Assembly: GCF_964355755.1 (NCBI RefSeq)
Contig: NC_092671.1
Span: forward strand, 4,402,001 to 4,466,000
From: Antedon mediterranea
Lineage: Eukaryota; Animalia; Echinodermata
Direction of reading: 5' to 3'
DNA: 64,000 nucleotides
Shown here: in pieces, positions 1-12,970 of the stretch
Numbering within the stretch: the first letter of the stretch is position 1
Layout of the letters: every line of letters begins with the position of its first letter
Made by a program: the position numbers and the translations under genes
The notes under the pieces: generated by a model
What the model was told of the DNA's origin: nothing
Databases searched by the model: none
The model's input: only the letters and a program-made list of their open reading frames with translations

Positions 1-230
1 GCAAAATCAAAAAACAATTACTTAATTATAATCATTTATTTCACATTTACCAAAAATACAAGGCAACCATATTATTAGCAAAATGATTATTATTAAGTGT
101 ATTTTTGCGATACATTATTTTTTTTTTCTTTAATTTCATTACTCTCTTATTTTTGAGAGAGTATTATATCGTTTTAATTGTTACGTTGCCTTTATATATT
201 AATTTTGTATTATGTATGTGATGAAATGAA

Positions 231-261
<31 letters not shown>
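1..261 (+). mobile_element. 3' end and poly(A) tail of a Tx1/L1-clade LINE (same family as the copy at the far end of the window)
   Basis: 1-220 aligns nearly base for base with 63756-63975, followed by AATAAA and a run of about 29 A. Confidence 0.85.
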
Positions 262-263
<2 letters not shown>

Positions 264-2195
264 CACAATGTAAAACGCTTGTCACCAACTCCGTGTCGGT
301 TAATCTCCCTTCTGATGTGTACCGCGTTACGTAGGCCTATATTCTACAACATTTTAGCAGGCCTTTACAATGTTCCATATTTCTCTCTTAGGAAGATATC
401 ATGTAGGTTTTAAAACGAAATGTTGGATTTCATCGGTAGATGTTTAATCGTCGGCGCGGTAACGTTAGTTCCGGATTCGGTGATTCAATACGTTGCGACT
501 TCCTGGTTTCAACTAAGTTGGCCGTTGGTGGCAAAAGCCTTTTTAGCTTTTTTGTTTATTTTCGGACCGCGAGATAATCCGGGAGCCCATAAAGATTTGT
601 TTGCGAGTACCGTAAAAGGTATGAGGCATAGAATATGTCAAGTAGGGTCCAGGGACCATCAAAGGGCCTTTCTTAAGTTTCCGCCCCTGTACCAACTCTA
701 TTAAGGGCGTTCAAAATACCCCAACATTTAAATTAAGTAGCATAATCGAGTACATACATGATGAAACCACTGTTAAAATACCAAATCATGTACCATTACC
801 CTTTAAGAAAGGGTCAAAGGTCAGTTTCTGTTGCAAATAAACTTTATTATGCATAATTAGTAGCCCTAAACTTGTGAAGAAAATAATAAATAATTTTTTG
901 TCTAATAAAGATTTATCTTTACCGGGCGTTTGTATACAAATAATGCACAAGTCAGAGTGCGTTAGTGAGATGTGGCGCACTTGAGGGTATTTACAATATT
1001 GCGACATGCACGAAATTTGTGTTATTTATTGTTATTTGTTAACTATTAGCATGGTGGTAATATTATCAAGAAGTGATTGTACGATAGATCGTTATTAAAT
1101 ATTTTCTATGAACTATTCTTTCTATTCATTGTGACTTCTTTAGTCTGTAACAACAGCTCGTGTGAGGGCGGGTATTCATGCTCTGCTAAAAGTGTTACAA
1201 ATTTCCAACGAATCGTTCTAACATATTTATTTTTTTATACATATATTAAACTAGAAATTGCATAGTGCAAGTGAATGCTGCCAGCAGATCTCTGAGCATT
1301 TCGTCCCGTATACAGTATCTTTTGTTATATAAAAACGATTATTACAAACTGCATCCTTGGTAATTGATTGCAAAATAAATGATGAATAATTTATAATCTT
1401 TCTTTAGTAGCTACTGTAAACGATTAATCTAAATTAATTAATTTAATTAAAACGTATTTGGTAAGAAATGCATTTCATATCTATACAGTATGTAAATTAT
1501 TATTCTGAAATATGCGACCACTTAAAATAGACGTATACAATATTCAATTTCAACATTTAACAGCTAGCTATAGCCAAATTCGCTACATCTACGTACACTA
1601 TTTTCGCGTTTAATTATTAGGCCTATAACGCTAAACATTTTTATTATTATGTTCGTCGATACCCAAAGCGATCATAATTTAAAATCATGTACTTTCCAGA
1701 GGTTCCAAAAAAAAAACCCCGAAATTTCGGGTAAACAATAGAGGGCGTGCTATAATAATTTATAATTATATAGAGGGCGCTATATAAGTTAATAGTAAGT
1801 TATACAACAAATCTCGAGCGTACATCAAATTGACTAGGTCTACCTACCTATTTTCATTAATAAACAATGGGTAATATCAGACACCTTTCAAGCGCGGTAT
1901 TGGCCTAGAATAGCTCAACTGACGAGCGCTACTAGAGATTACAAGGTCAGATGAGCCCAGGGTCATACGTTAACGTTCATATATCTGTTGACGAGTAACA
2001 GTCAAATCTAAAAGTCCCTAATAACAACTTGAAACACCAGTTCAAGAACACATCAATGAACTTATCATATTGACTGGTGTTAAATTCACATTTTTCAATA
2101 GATGTTGAATTACATTGTAGGATGTCTCGTCGACAGTGATATTTCATAGTTATTAATGTCCATATCTGTCCTCTTTAAATTTTGTTTTAAATTAA

Positions 2196-2557
2196 AGATG
2201 TATTGTCCCCATAAAAAAATAATTCATTTCATTAAATTTTTGTTGTTGAATTATATGCCAATTTAATGTCACCTAATAGTTATTCACTTTGACCAAAAAT
2301 TGGATCGAAAAAGTGTATTTACCTAAAAACTGTAATTTAAAGCAAAAAAATTGTCAAATTGGCTGCCAGTCAATGGGGTTTTGTTTGAATTTAACCATTT
2401 ATTGTGTCATGTTATACGTGAAAACATATTTTTTCCGGTTTTTTTTTCTACGGAAGTGATTAGGTAAGGCCTAACTTGATTAATACTACTAACAATCATG
2501 TCAAAGTCTTTATTCATATTTATTTTGCATGTTTTTGGCCTGGGGAACAATACATCT
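2196..2557. mobile_element. MITE with TTAA target duplication and AG...CT termini (Kolobok-like)
   Basis: TTAA|AGATGTATTGTCCCCA ... TGGGGAACAATACATCT|TTAA; about 16-bp TIR with one indel. Confidence 0.75.
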
Positions 2558-3001
2558 TTAAATAAAAGTACAAGTGTGAGTACCGATATACTATTGTTTG
2601 ACTGGCTACTGGTTATTCATAACAATAAATCAATCAAATTGTAATTTTTACCTACAAAAAAAGAAATAAAAGCAGATTGTATGCTTGTTGAAACTAGTAA
2701 CATTTATTGTTAACTTATGTCGTTAAAAATCAATGCTTTACGTAGAATAGGTAGTTGACAAAAAGTATGAAGTAGGCGAACATTGGAAAGATACCCTTTA
2801 ACAAAATGTTTAACCGTCTCAAAAATCCAATATTAAACTAATTCATTGGACGATAATACACATTTTTATATCATTTTCTTTCTGTTAAAAGAAACATTAT
2901 ACATTTGAAGTCAAGGTACTTGATTTCCAAATACTGTTGTTGTTTATAAGCTATTTTCAATTCCATTCAATTTCTTTTTATTTCGGAAATATCATCCATA
3001 T

Positions 3002-3407
3002 TGTAGGATTTATAGCAAATCCGAGTTGTAGAGCGCACCCAGGATTATGTCAGTTGCTATTCCGGATGTTGAACGCGTGTGTAATATACAATTTGGGATC
3101 AGAAGGTTATAATTATCATGGATTAATATTTTGTTTCAGTTACTAATGAGTGTATTTTGACGGGTCGAAAGTATGACAGTAGGCGTATGCTAGGGATTTG
3201 CTTGACAAACAGTGAGTTATTGAACAAATGTTAAGAAATAATGTTATAATAGCTATTCAATCATACGTCGGTTCTTGTTTCTAATATGTAAATTATGACT
3301 TATATTTCATGCTTTCAGATTTGAATGAGAATTTGTTTCACAATAAATCATCTCAAACACAGGTGAATCTCAGTGCTTATTGTTCGTTATAAAGTACTTT
3401 CCTTACA
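3002..3407 (+). repeat. 5' LTR
   Basis: Direct repeat of 8767-9172 with one mismatch seen (T3061 vs C8826). Confidence 0.97.
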
Positions 3408-3460
3408 ATTCAAATTGTTTTTACTGACTGACGCACAAGGAAGGTATAGGGAACGACCAA

Positions 3461-6400
3461 ATGGACAAGCTAAAGGTAACCAGAAGAAACCGCAAGGGCA
3501 CCTTAACAAGAGCCTTAGGTGGATTGAGACAACTCGTTGATAGCCAACCATCGGAGCAAGAGCTGCAAGAAGAACTATTAAGAGTTAAAAGAACGTTTGA
3601 AACCATTGAGCAATCTCATGCAGAGTTAGTCGAGTTGATAAACGATGATGATGAATTTCAAAAGGAAGAAGATTGGATGGTAAGATGCCAACAGGAATAT
3701 ATGGCGGAAATCCATGCTATCAAGACTGAATATAAGACCAAAACAGTATCCAACAACCTAGCAGCAAAAGCAATTCAAGATGTTGAAACAGAAACATTAG
3801 AAAAGAATCAACCTGATACTATAGTTAATGATAAGGTAAACAATAGTGAAAATCATAATGTTGTAGATCAACCTAATGTTGTTGAAGCTAATGTTAACAA
3901 TCATAATAATGTATCTAACGATAAAACTGAAGGTACTTGGGATAGTCTAGTAAAAGCACTATCACTTCCCCGTACACCCCTGAAACATTATGATGGGGAT
4001 CCTGTATATTATCATTCCTTTATAACTTCTTATCAGAGCATGATGTCAGGCGTTAATGATGATAGTGTTAAGTTGAACACCTTAATATTATTTTGTAAAG
4101 GTAAAGCTCTGGATGCAATTCAATTCTGTGTCATGAAACCACCCACTGAAGGATTTAAAGCAGCTTGGGACACTTTAAGGGAAAGATTTGGTAATACAGC
4201 AATCATTGTCCAGGCATGGGTCCAAAAGATTTTGACTAGAGGAAAGGTGAATGTTCATAGTTTAAGGGAGTTTTCCGATGACATTGAAAACTGTTATGAG
4301 GCACTAAGTGCACTTGGGTATTTAAATGAATTGAACAATCAAGCTAGTTTAAAGCAAATAATTGATGGTTTGCCTAAGTTTCTCCAAAACAGGTGGTGCC
4401 GAGAGAATCAGAAGATCAAGGCCAAAGGAACTAATCCATCTTTGAAAGACATTGTTATGTTTGTAAAAACTGCAGCCTTGGAAACTAGTGACCCAGTCTT
4501 CGGAAACCAGGAACAGCAAAAACCCCAAGAAAAGCACAAAGTGAGAGTAAACCAAATTGCTGCCAAAACAGAATACCATAAATGTTGGGTATGTCAAAAT
4601 GATGACCACTGGACTGACCAATGTGAAGCTATGTTGAAACTAAGTTCAGATGAACGCATGAAAATGGTAAAGGAAAAACATGCATGTTTTGCATGCTTGA
4701 AAATTGCAGGCCGAAATCACCGGATGGCAAATTGCACCAGACGAAAACGATGCAACAAGTTGGTAGATAAACAATGTTGTGACAAGTATCACCATCCTTT
4801 ACTGCACCCAGAAGTGAAAGCAGGGAACGTGGGATTGGTAGGTCTGTCCAAAAGTGTAATTGACAATGAACCATTACTGCAGGTACTTGAAGTTGAGGTA
4901 ATTAATGGAAACACAAGCAAGAAAGCAAATGTGATGTTAGACAACGGCTCCCAAGGTACTTTCATAAGGGAAGCCTTTGTTAACAGTTTGGGTATCCAGG
5001 GTAAAAATGTTACAGCAGCGTTGACCACTGTGGGAGGTAAGGAGGAAAAATATGATACAAAAATCTATGACATACAGTTAGTAGGTGAGAATCCAAAGAA
5101 AATACATGAAATCAAGGCCATCGGAATGAGCGACATAAGTGATAATCCTGATGTTAATGTTAGAAAACTGGAACAATTGTTCGAGATGAAGGAGGGTACA
5201 CTGAAAAGACAGGCTGGACCGATTGATATTCTAATAGGAGTAAATTATGCACACCTCCACACAGGAAAAATCCTGGAAGGGGATGGAATTGTGGCTCAGA
5301 AGTGCCCTCTGGGATGGACTGTTTATGGTGGTGGTGGTAATTCCACGTTGAACAACCGGATAATGCATGTTAAAATCAGTAAACCTGTTGACCTTACAGA
5401 TTTCTGGTCAACTGAAGCAATGGGAGTAGATGTAGGATCATGTAGCTGTAAGAAGAGTCTGATTGTAAATGAGGGAATGGAAACAAAGTTACTGGAAGAC
5501 TCATGTATCAAGGTGGAGAACCAGTGGACAGTTCCCTACCCATGGGTAAGAGATCCGTCTGACCTGATGGACAATAAACATCAAGCAAAAAAAATGTTGG
5601 GTGTGTTAGAAAGGAGATTGACAAAAAATAGAGAACATGCAAAGGCATACCAACATCAAATGGACGAAATGGTGCAAATGCAATTCGCAAGAAAATTGTC
5701 CAAGTCTGAAGTCAATTGTTATCAAGGCCCTGTCCATTATATTCCGCATTTTTTGGTGAACCGACCAGAGAACAGAAGCACACCAGTCCGGATTGTGTTC
5801 AATGCTTCAAACAGATATAACGGAGACACCATAAATGATTTTTGGATGAAAGGCCTGGACCTTTTAAACAACTTAGTCGGAGTAATACTACGCTTTCGAG
5901 AGAATCGCATTGCCATCCTCGGAGATATATCGAAAATGTATCATCGAATCCACATCCCTGAGATTGATCAACACGTTCACAGATACCTATGGCGAGATAT
6001 GGAGTTCGACAGAGAGCCTGATATATATATTAAGCAAGTTCTTACGTTTGGCGACAAGCCAGCCCCGGCCATGGCACTAACAGCCTTAAGACTTACAGCA
6101 AGAGAAAGTCAAACTGAATACCCAGAGGCCGCTAAAGTAATAGAGAGAGATACATACATGGACGACATATGTCCATCAGTGAAGTCCAAACCCGAAGCAG
6201 TTAAGTTAATTCAAGACATAGACAAGATACTAAGCAATGGTGGATTCTCAGTAAAGGGATGGGTATCAAATGAAAAGATAGCAGAAAAAGTCCAAGTTGA
6301 AGCGAAAGAAGTTGCAATGATTAGTAGTGTAGAGAAAGTTCTAGGAATCAGATGGATACCGAGTAAGGATGTATTTGTATTCAAAGTAAATATTGGTACA

Positions 6401-8642
6401 GAGGCACTCACAAAGAGGAAGATACTAAGTATCATAGCAAGGTTGTTTGATCCTATTGGGTTCGTAGCACCAGTGACGGTAAAAGCAAAAATGAGAATTC
6501 AAGAATTGTGGGAAACAGGAGTTGATTGGGACGACAAGTTAACTGAACAAACTGAAACCAAATGGAAAAGACTGTTCGAGGAATTTCAAAGGATTAATGA
6601 TGTAACATTCTCCCGATGTTTGACTCCACATAATGTTTCAGATGAGGTGGTATTGGTGATTTTCTGTGATGCCTCTGAGAAGGCGTTCGGCGCCTGCGCA
6701 TATATACGATGGAAACTGAAGGACGGAGCCTATGATACACGCTTTATAATAGGTAAATCAAGGGTAGCACCGTTAAAGACACTTACTGTTCCGAGGCTCG
6801 AGCTTCAAGCGGCTGTAATAGCAGCTAGAATGAAAGCTACAGTAACCGAAGAATTGACGCTGAGGTTCAATGAGATTATCATAATGACAGACAGCATGGT
6901 AGTTCTGAGTTGGATCAGGAAGCCCAGTAGTCACTTCAAATCATTTGTAGGCATTAGGGTAGCAGAGATTCAAAGTAAAACGGAGATAAAGAGTTGGAGA
7001 CATGTGCCAGGCAGCATGAACCCAGCGGATGATGTATCCCGAGGAATTCCAATAGAAAGCATAAATGGTAGATGGCTTAATGGACCAGAGTTCATCAAAC
7101 TACCCATGAAGGAATGGCCCCATGAAAGAATTGAAATGCAGGAAGTCAAAGAAGAAGAAAAAGGAGTAAAGTTTTGTGGGAATATTGTAAACTCAGGTGA
7201 TTTAAATGTAGCGGAATTTGGAACATGGGAAGATATGTTAGAAGAATATAGAAAAACAGTGTACGGAGTAGATTCCGAAGCATTAGATGTGCAGAAAGTG
7301 AGAGATCTGGAACTGATGCTCTTACGCAAAGTTCAGAGAGAATGTTTCCCAGAAGAAGTGAAGTTGCTGCAGAGTGGGAAAAATGTGCAAAAGGGTAGCC
7401 GGCTAGTTAGCATGGACCCTCAATGGGATGAATCAGGATTAATTAGAGTTGGTGGTAGACTCCGAAAAGCAGTAGATCTAGACATTGATTTACACCCTGT
7501 ATTACTTGATCCCAGTCACCACATCACTAAATTACTAATCAAACGAATAGATAGTAATGTTTTCTGTCATAGCGCTGGACCAAATCAAGTATTTGCTTAT
7601 GTTCGAAGAAGATATTGGATTCTGAAAGGAAGAAACACGATAAAGTCAATCTTAAGAAAATGTATAGAGTGCCAAAAATGGAGAAAGGATGCTACAGTGC
7701 CAAGAATGGCAGACTTACCGGAAGCCAGAGTTAGAGTTGGTAAACAGCCATTTCACTCCACCGGAGTAGATTGTTGGGGACCGATAATAGTTCAAGTGAA
7801 ACGATCACAGGAAAAGAGATGGGGTATTATATTCAAGTGCCTTACCACGAGATCCATTCATCTAGAAATAATAAGTTGCATGGATGCAGACACGTTTCTC
7901 ATGGCATACAGAAGATTTGTCGCAAGAAGAGGGACACCTAAAGAGTTGCTATCTGACTGCGGTACTAACTTTAAAGGGGCAGAAAGAGAACTAAATGAAT
8001 GTTTCAAAGCTATGAGTACGGAACTGCAAAAGAAACTTGCTACGCAGCAAGTAGACTTCAGGTTCAACCCTCCTAATGCCCCTCATTTTGGAGGAATATG
8101 GGAGCGGGAGGTTAGATCAGTAAAGAATGCACTGAAATGCTGCTTGAAGAACAAAGTTGTGAGTGAAGTAGTTTTACAGACGGTTGTGGTAGAAGTTGAG
8201 GGTATACTTAATTCAAAACCTCTAGGTTATGCCTCTTCCGACATCGCTGACGTAGACCCCATTACTCCCAATTTATTACTGATGTGTAGAAGAGATCCTG
8301 CGTTACCACCAATTGCATTCCAACCGCATGAAATACGAAGTAGAAAACAGTGGCGTCACAGCCAGTTGATAGCTGATCAATTCTGGAAGAAGTTTATAGG
8401 CGAATACTTACCTAGTTTGCAAATCAGACAAAAGTGGCATAAGGATAAAAAAAAACCTAAAGGAAGGAGACGTAGTATTAGTTATTGATAACCAAAGTCA
8501 AAGGGGAGATTGGCTTGTAGGAAAGATAGTAAAGGCCTACCCCAGTGAAGATGATAGAGTGAGAGTAGTAGATGTAAAGGTACACGAGAAGGTTTATAAG
8601 CGTCCTGTTGTGAAACTGATAAAGCTTGATCAGTGGGAATAA
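3461..8642 (+). CDS. BEL/Pao gag-pol polyprotein (Gag, Cys-His knuckles, protease, RT, RNase H, integrase), frameshifted near the C-terminus
   Basis: Motifs CWVCQNDDHWTDQC, CFAC...H...C, LDNGSQGTFI, LTFG, YMDD, FCDASEKAFG, PRLELQAA, NPAD, DCWGP, SDCGTNF, GGIWER. The ORF ends at 8488, but the typical tail (NLKEGDVVLV...W.VGKI...RVV.V...YKRPVVKL) continues in another frame to TAA at 8640-8642. Confidence 0.95.
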
Positions 8643-8766
8643 GTTTGACCAATGTAGTTTAAGTGAGTTATGATACGTTTATGAAGACGTTTGGAGTTTG
8701 CATTGTTTAAGTTAAATTTGTATTAATAATTTGTATTTTAATGAGATTTCCTCATTGCTGGGGGAA

Positions 8767-9172
8767 TGTAGGATTTATAGCAAATCCGAGTTGTAGAGCG
8801 CACCCAGGATTATGTCAGTTGCTATCCCGGATGTTGAACGCGTGTGTAATATACAATTTGGGATCAGAAGGTTATAATTATCATGGATTAATATTTTGTT
8901 TCAGTTACTAATGAGTGTATTTTGACGGGTCGAAAGTATGACAGTAGGCGTATGCTAGGGATTTGCTTGACAAACAGTGAGTTATTGAACAAATGTTAAG
9001 AAATAATGTTATAATAGCTATTCAATCATACGTCGGTTCTTGTTTCTAATATGTAAATTATGACTTATATTTCATGCTTTCAGATTTGAATGAGAATTTG
9101 TTTCACAATAAATCATCTCAAACACAGGTGAATCTCAGTGCTTATTGTTCGTTATAAAGTACTTTCCTTACA
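8767..9172 (+). repeat. 3' LTR
   Basis: Direct repeat of 3002-3407. Confidence 0.97.
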
Positions 9173-9744
9173 CATATTAATAAACTTATAAACAGAAAAA
9201 GAAAAATCGTAAACTCTAAACTTAAGTATATAGAATACTTCTCCATCTACAATACATTTTGGAGTTATGGATGTTTGCAAACACAAACAACAAGGATGTT
9301 ACCTCTATTCAACATACGTTGCATGAAACCATAGGTAGATTTTCGCATGTACTCATTAAAGGAAGGGACACCATGTTCAATAAACATTGCACTGGCACTA
9401 CTACTTCTAGAAACATTAAGTATATGGCGCATTATGTAGCATACATTAAGCTAGAGATATAATAGTCTTCATACGATAGTTACACAAAAGGGCTGCACAA
9501 TACAAAAAATAAATTAAAAAACCGAATATCATACTAGGCCTAACTGGAACCAAATATTAAAAATTAATGATTATGAGTTAAATGGTGAGAATATTTTAAT
9601 GAGTTAAAAGATTGACTGTTTATTGAATAGTGTTTGACATTGACTAATCTACTTTGATACAGTGGACGTGACATTTTGTGTTTGAAAATATTCCTTTGTA
9701 ATTGAAATAAAAAATACAATGCGTACTTAAAATTGATTACATAT

Positions 9745-10598
9745 TACAAACTCTATTGTAATACCTTACTTGAGCTATTGTAACATAATTTGGGGAAATA
9801 GTAGTCAAACTCTAATGAAAAGAGTTCAAACTATCCAAAACAGAACAGCTCAAATCGTGTGTGGTCTAACATGGGACACACCTAGTAGTGAGGCACTAAG
9901 GCAAATTAATTGGTCACCTTTATTTTATCAAGATAGATATGAATGTTGTATGGTTATATATAAGGTTTTGACAGATAATGCCCCACCTTACCTAAATAAT
10001 GTATTTACATTCACTGATATAAATTATAATCTAAGGAACAGTGATACACATCTATTCATCCCAAAGCCAAAAACAGATTTTAAAAAACGAAGTCTGTCTT
10101 ATCGTGGAGCAATTATATGGAATAGTCTCAATATTGATACCCTTCCAAAATCAGTTAAGTTGTTTAAAACGTATCTGAAAAATGCATTGTAAAACATAAT
10201 GGTATGGTAATCTACGATCTACATCCAACTTTTAAAATGGCTAAATACTATGTAAAATGTGTGTTTTATCACTATTATTTTAACGTCAATGAAATCCAAA
10301 AGATTTATTATGTATTACAGTTGAATCCCCATGAATTATACACTTCGATAAGGGTTTCCGTTTACACGGGAAGTACCGGTATGGTGTACCCTAAATAGAG
10401 GTGTCAGATGAAGGGGATTCTGCTGTAATTTTGTTTCTTTTCAATTTCAATTTTTTTCGTTTCTGTTGTATTTATATGGTGTTGATTTTTTTTGTTTTGT
10501 AATACAGTATCACGAACTTGTGTAAAAACAATCAATATTGATTGAACGAGTTGTACTGCACATCAGTCTCGTGTCTAAATAAAGTTTATATATATATT
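9745..10598 (+). mobile_element. 5'-truncated CR1/L2-group LINE fragment (RT C-terminal region and 3' UTR)
   Basis: YCNIIWG...QNR.A......L.W......YNLR......KRSLSYRGA.IWNSL; ends with AATAAA then (TA)n. Confidence 0.85.
10318..10425. mobile_element. Short Tc1/mariner-type MITE inside the LINE 3' UTR
   Basis: TA|CAGTTGAATCCCC ... GGGGATTCTGCTG|TA. Confidence 0.7.
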
Positions 10599-11371
10599 AC
10601 TGAATGAATTATTAAATTTTAATTAAAAATACCAGGTAACCTCCTGACTCTTTATAATGATTATTATAATATATATTTATGAATAATTCATAAATATACC
10701 CATACAAGAGATCCTCCATGTACGCACGCGCAAAAGAGACAAATTGATTCGCTAGTAAAACATTTTTATTGCGAACTGCGTAATTGAAAATTGATTACTG
10801 TATGAAATTGCTAAATCTATATCAAGTAATCTATTGACTATTTACTTGTTTATAAACTACATATATGAATAAATTCAGAACATTTGAAAGCAAGATTTCA
10901 ACTTACTAACGACTATTTTTAACATTGAAAGAATTGAAATAGTTCAGCTTGGTTGGAAATTGAAAACAGCACATTGTAACGTTACAATGAAACAATTATT
11001 CTCTAAAAAGGGACCACTATTCAGGGCATATTTATCAAACACCGAAATTGTCCCCTTAATAGGCGATTTCGCGGAAAAAATAAATATACTAAAATGAACA
11101 TCTGGATTAAAGACATTGAACATTTAGCAGTCAATTTCTAATTATATTGCCAAAAATGGCTAAAGCGACTACAGCAAGGAACAATATTGTTTTCTTGAAG
11201 ATTAAATATTGAAACACAATGGCTTGCCTCACTCACAAGTTTGGTTAATTGGGCCTTTCTATCAAACTTATAAGTGGACCCTCATAAAAAGAAAATAATT
11301 ATAACATTTTATTTTATTTTTCAAAATGTGATGGCCATAATATATGGCATAATGATGCATAAATTATAACT

Positions 11372-12439
11372 TCAGACACTGACAGTACGTGGATATATTT
11401 TCCTCCTGATTAAGCTATTGAATACGTCAACAAATGCTTGTCTAAAATTTTCATTTACTACATTATATATCAAAGGATTTACAGAAGAATTTATAAAAGT
11501 TCCGAAAAGACAAACAGTCAAAAGCCAATCTAAATCCGGTCCAATAGAACCTAAAAGAATCAACGTAATTATGACATTAAACGGTGTTAAGGTAAGAACA
11601 TTAACTGCGACTGTCACCAAAATTGACAAGAATATTTTTCTCTCAGATTTTGAACGTGGGTCCGTCTTGCAAAAATTGTTTACAACATTCTGGGATTGTC
11701 TTAAAGAATAAACCATAAGAAAACATAATATTACAATAATCATATTAAAGAGTATATGAAAAACGAATTGAAACATCCACAACATTATACACACTTCAAT
11801 GTAGGTTTCACCAAAACGACACATAATTGCACGATTTGAGACACCTCTATACATATCAGGCCACGGCAGGATGACGTATATTCGTTCGTATACAATGAAA
11901 AAATGTACAAGATTCACCAACAACCAAACAATCCATATACTTGCGCATATTTTAACAGATCTTGAGAGAGTACCAAATTCACTTCTTTGAAACCAATAAG
12001 GTCTACAAACCGCCATATAACGTTCAATAGAAAGCCAGAATATCGTACTAACTGCTACAAGCCAGGCAACAGTAGCAAAAAAACTTGTTAATTCACAATT
12101 CAAGTTGTTCCCATCTATTTCATCAATCGTATATGGTACCGTCTGAGTTAACTCAACGTCGTAAATTGGTGCCACACTTAATAATAGCGTATCAGCTATT
12201 GCTAAATTAGCTAGATACACGTAAACTGATTTGTGTAATTTACTCACTATAACAATAAATGTCATGATATTGCCAACGATTCCAAAAGCGACAACAACAG
12301 GAACAACAATCTTACGTAAAATCGTTTCCCAATCACTAGGGAAGAACGTATCAATATAAGCATCATATTGATTCGTGTTAAATGTTGAATACGCATATTC
12401 AGATAAATCATAGGATGCATTGTCACCTGAAAGCGACAT
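11372..12439 (-). CDS. Single-exon class A GPCR, paralogue A (355 aa)
   Basis: Seven hydrophobic segments, GN (TM1), LAIAD (TM2), Cys at top of TM3, SIERY, W4.50, NSSVNPLIY, FRQAF helix 8. Confidence 0.95.
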   Translation of the reverse strand: MSLSGDNASYDLSEYAYSTFNTNQYDAYIDTFFPSDWETILRKIVVPVVVAFGIVGNIMTFIVIVSKLHKSVYVYLANLAIADTLLLSVAPIYDVELTQTVPYTIDEIDGNNLNCELTSFFATVAWLVAVSTIFWLSIERYMAVCRPYWFQRSEFGTLSRSVKICASIWIVWLLVNLVHFFIVYERIYVILPWPDMYRGVSNRAIMCRFGETYIEVCIMLWMFQFVFHILFNMIIVILCFLMVYSLRQSQNVVNNFCKTDPRSKSERKIFLSILVTVAVNVLTLTPFNVIITLILLGSIGPDLDWLLTVCLFGTFINSSVNPLIYNVVNENFRQAFVDVFNSLIRRKIYPRTVSV

Positions 12440-12534
12440 TTTGCTTGTATTTGAAAAAGAAGTGTCTATGACTTATCTTCTGTTCCGCAATTAAACATGT
12501 ACTTTGATAAGTTGGTAATGTTTTGTATCGAAAT

Positions 12535-12700
12535 AGCGTAATCAAAACAAATCATAGCAATGACTTACTGTCAACAGAACGAATTCCTGAATCAGTGTTT
12601 TAACCAATCAAGTGCTCACGAACTGAAAATATACATGGTAAAATAACAGAGGGCGCTCTATTTAGATTTAGTTTAGCTGGCCATGATAATTAATAGCACG
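12535..12700. promoter_or_regulatory. Conserved upstream module of the GPCR paralogues, with AGAGGGCGCTCT at 12648-12659
   Basis: The same ordered blocks recur upstream of paralogues B, C, D and the split pseudogene. Regulatory function is inferred. Confidence 0.5.
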
Positions 12701-12794
12701 GCATCCAAACCATGTTAATATTGGTGAGATTAACTTTTCAAAATTCCGTCTGCTAAAACGGAAATGATGGAAGCGGAATGGTGTAAAAACTGCT

Positions 12795-12970
12795 TCAACA
12801 AATAATGCTTGTCTAAAATGTTCATTCACCACAATTGTATATCAAAGGATTCACAGCTGAATATACAACAAGACGAAGACCAATAATTAAAAAATCTATT
12901 AAACTGCATACTATTGAAAACGGACAACATAAACTGTGACTGTCACAAAAACTGTCAAGAACGTTCGCAG
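12795..12970 (-). pseudogene. Degenerate GPCR fragment (TM6, TM7, helix 8)
   Basis: AATGCTTGTCTAAA...TATATCAAAGGATT and AACATAAACTGTGACTGTCACAAAAACTGT match the intact genes, with indels. Confidence 0.75.

Larger units (their letters stand above)
3002..9172 (+). mobile_element. Full-length BEL/Pao LTR retrotransposon
   Basis: 406-bp LTRs at 3002-3407 and 8767-9172 (TG...CA), 5-bp TSD CATAT (2997-3001 and 9173-9177), purine tract GGGGGAA before the 3' LTR, single gag-pol ORF. Confidence 0.97.

Noticed and set aside
420-1265. Short ORFs in a slightly GC-richer stretch
   Set aside because: No recognisable motifs; consistent with chance ORFs.
1901-1965. tRNA or SINE head-like GGCCTAGAATAGCTCAACTGACGAGCG
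   Set aside because: Only an A-box-like half; no B box or cloverleaf.
10972-10989. 18-bp palindrome CATTGTAACGTTACAATG
   Set aside because: Resembles the P-type footprints but has no convincing 7-bp flanking duplication.
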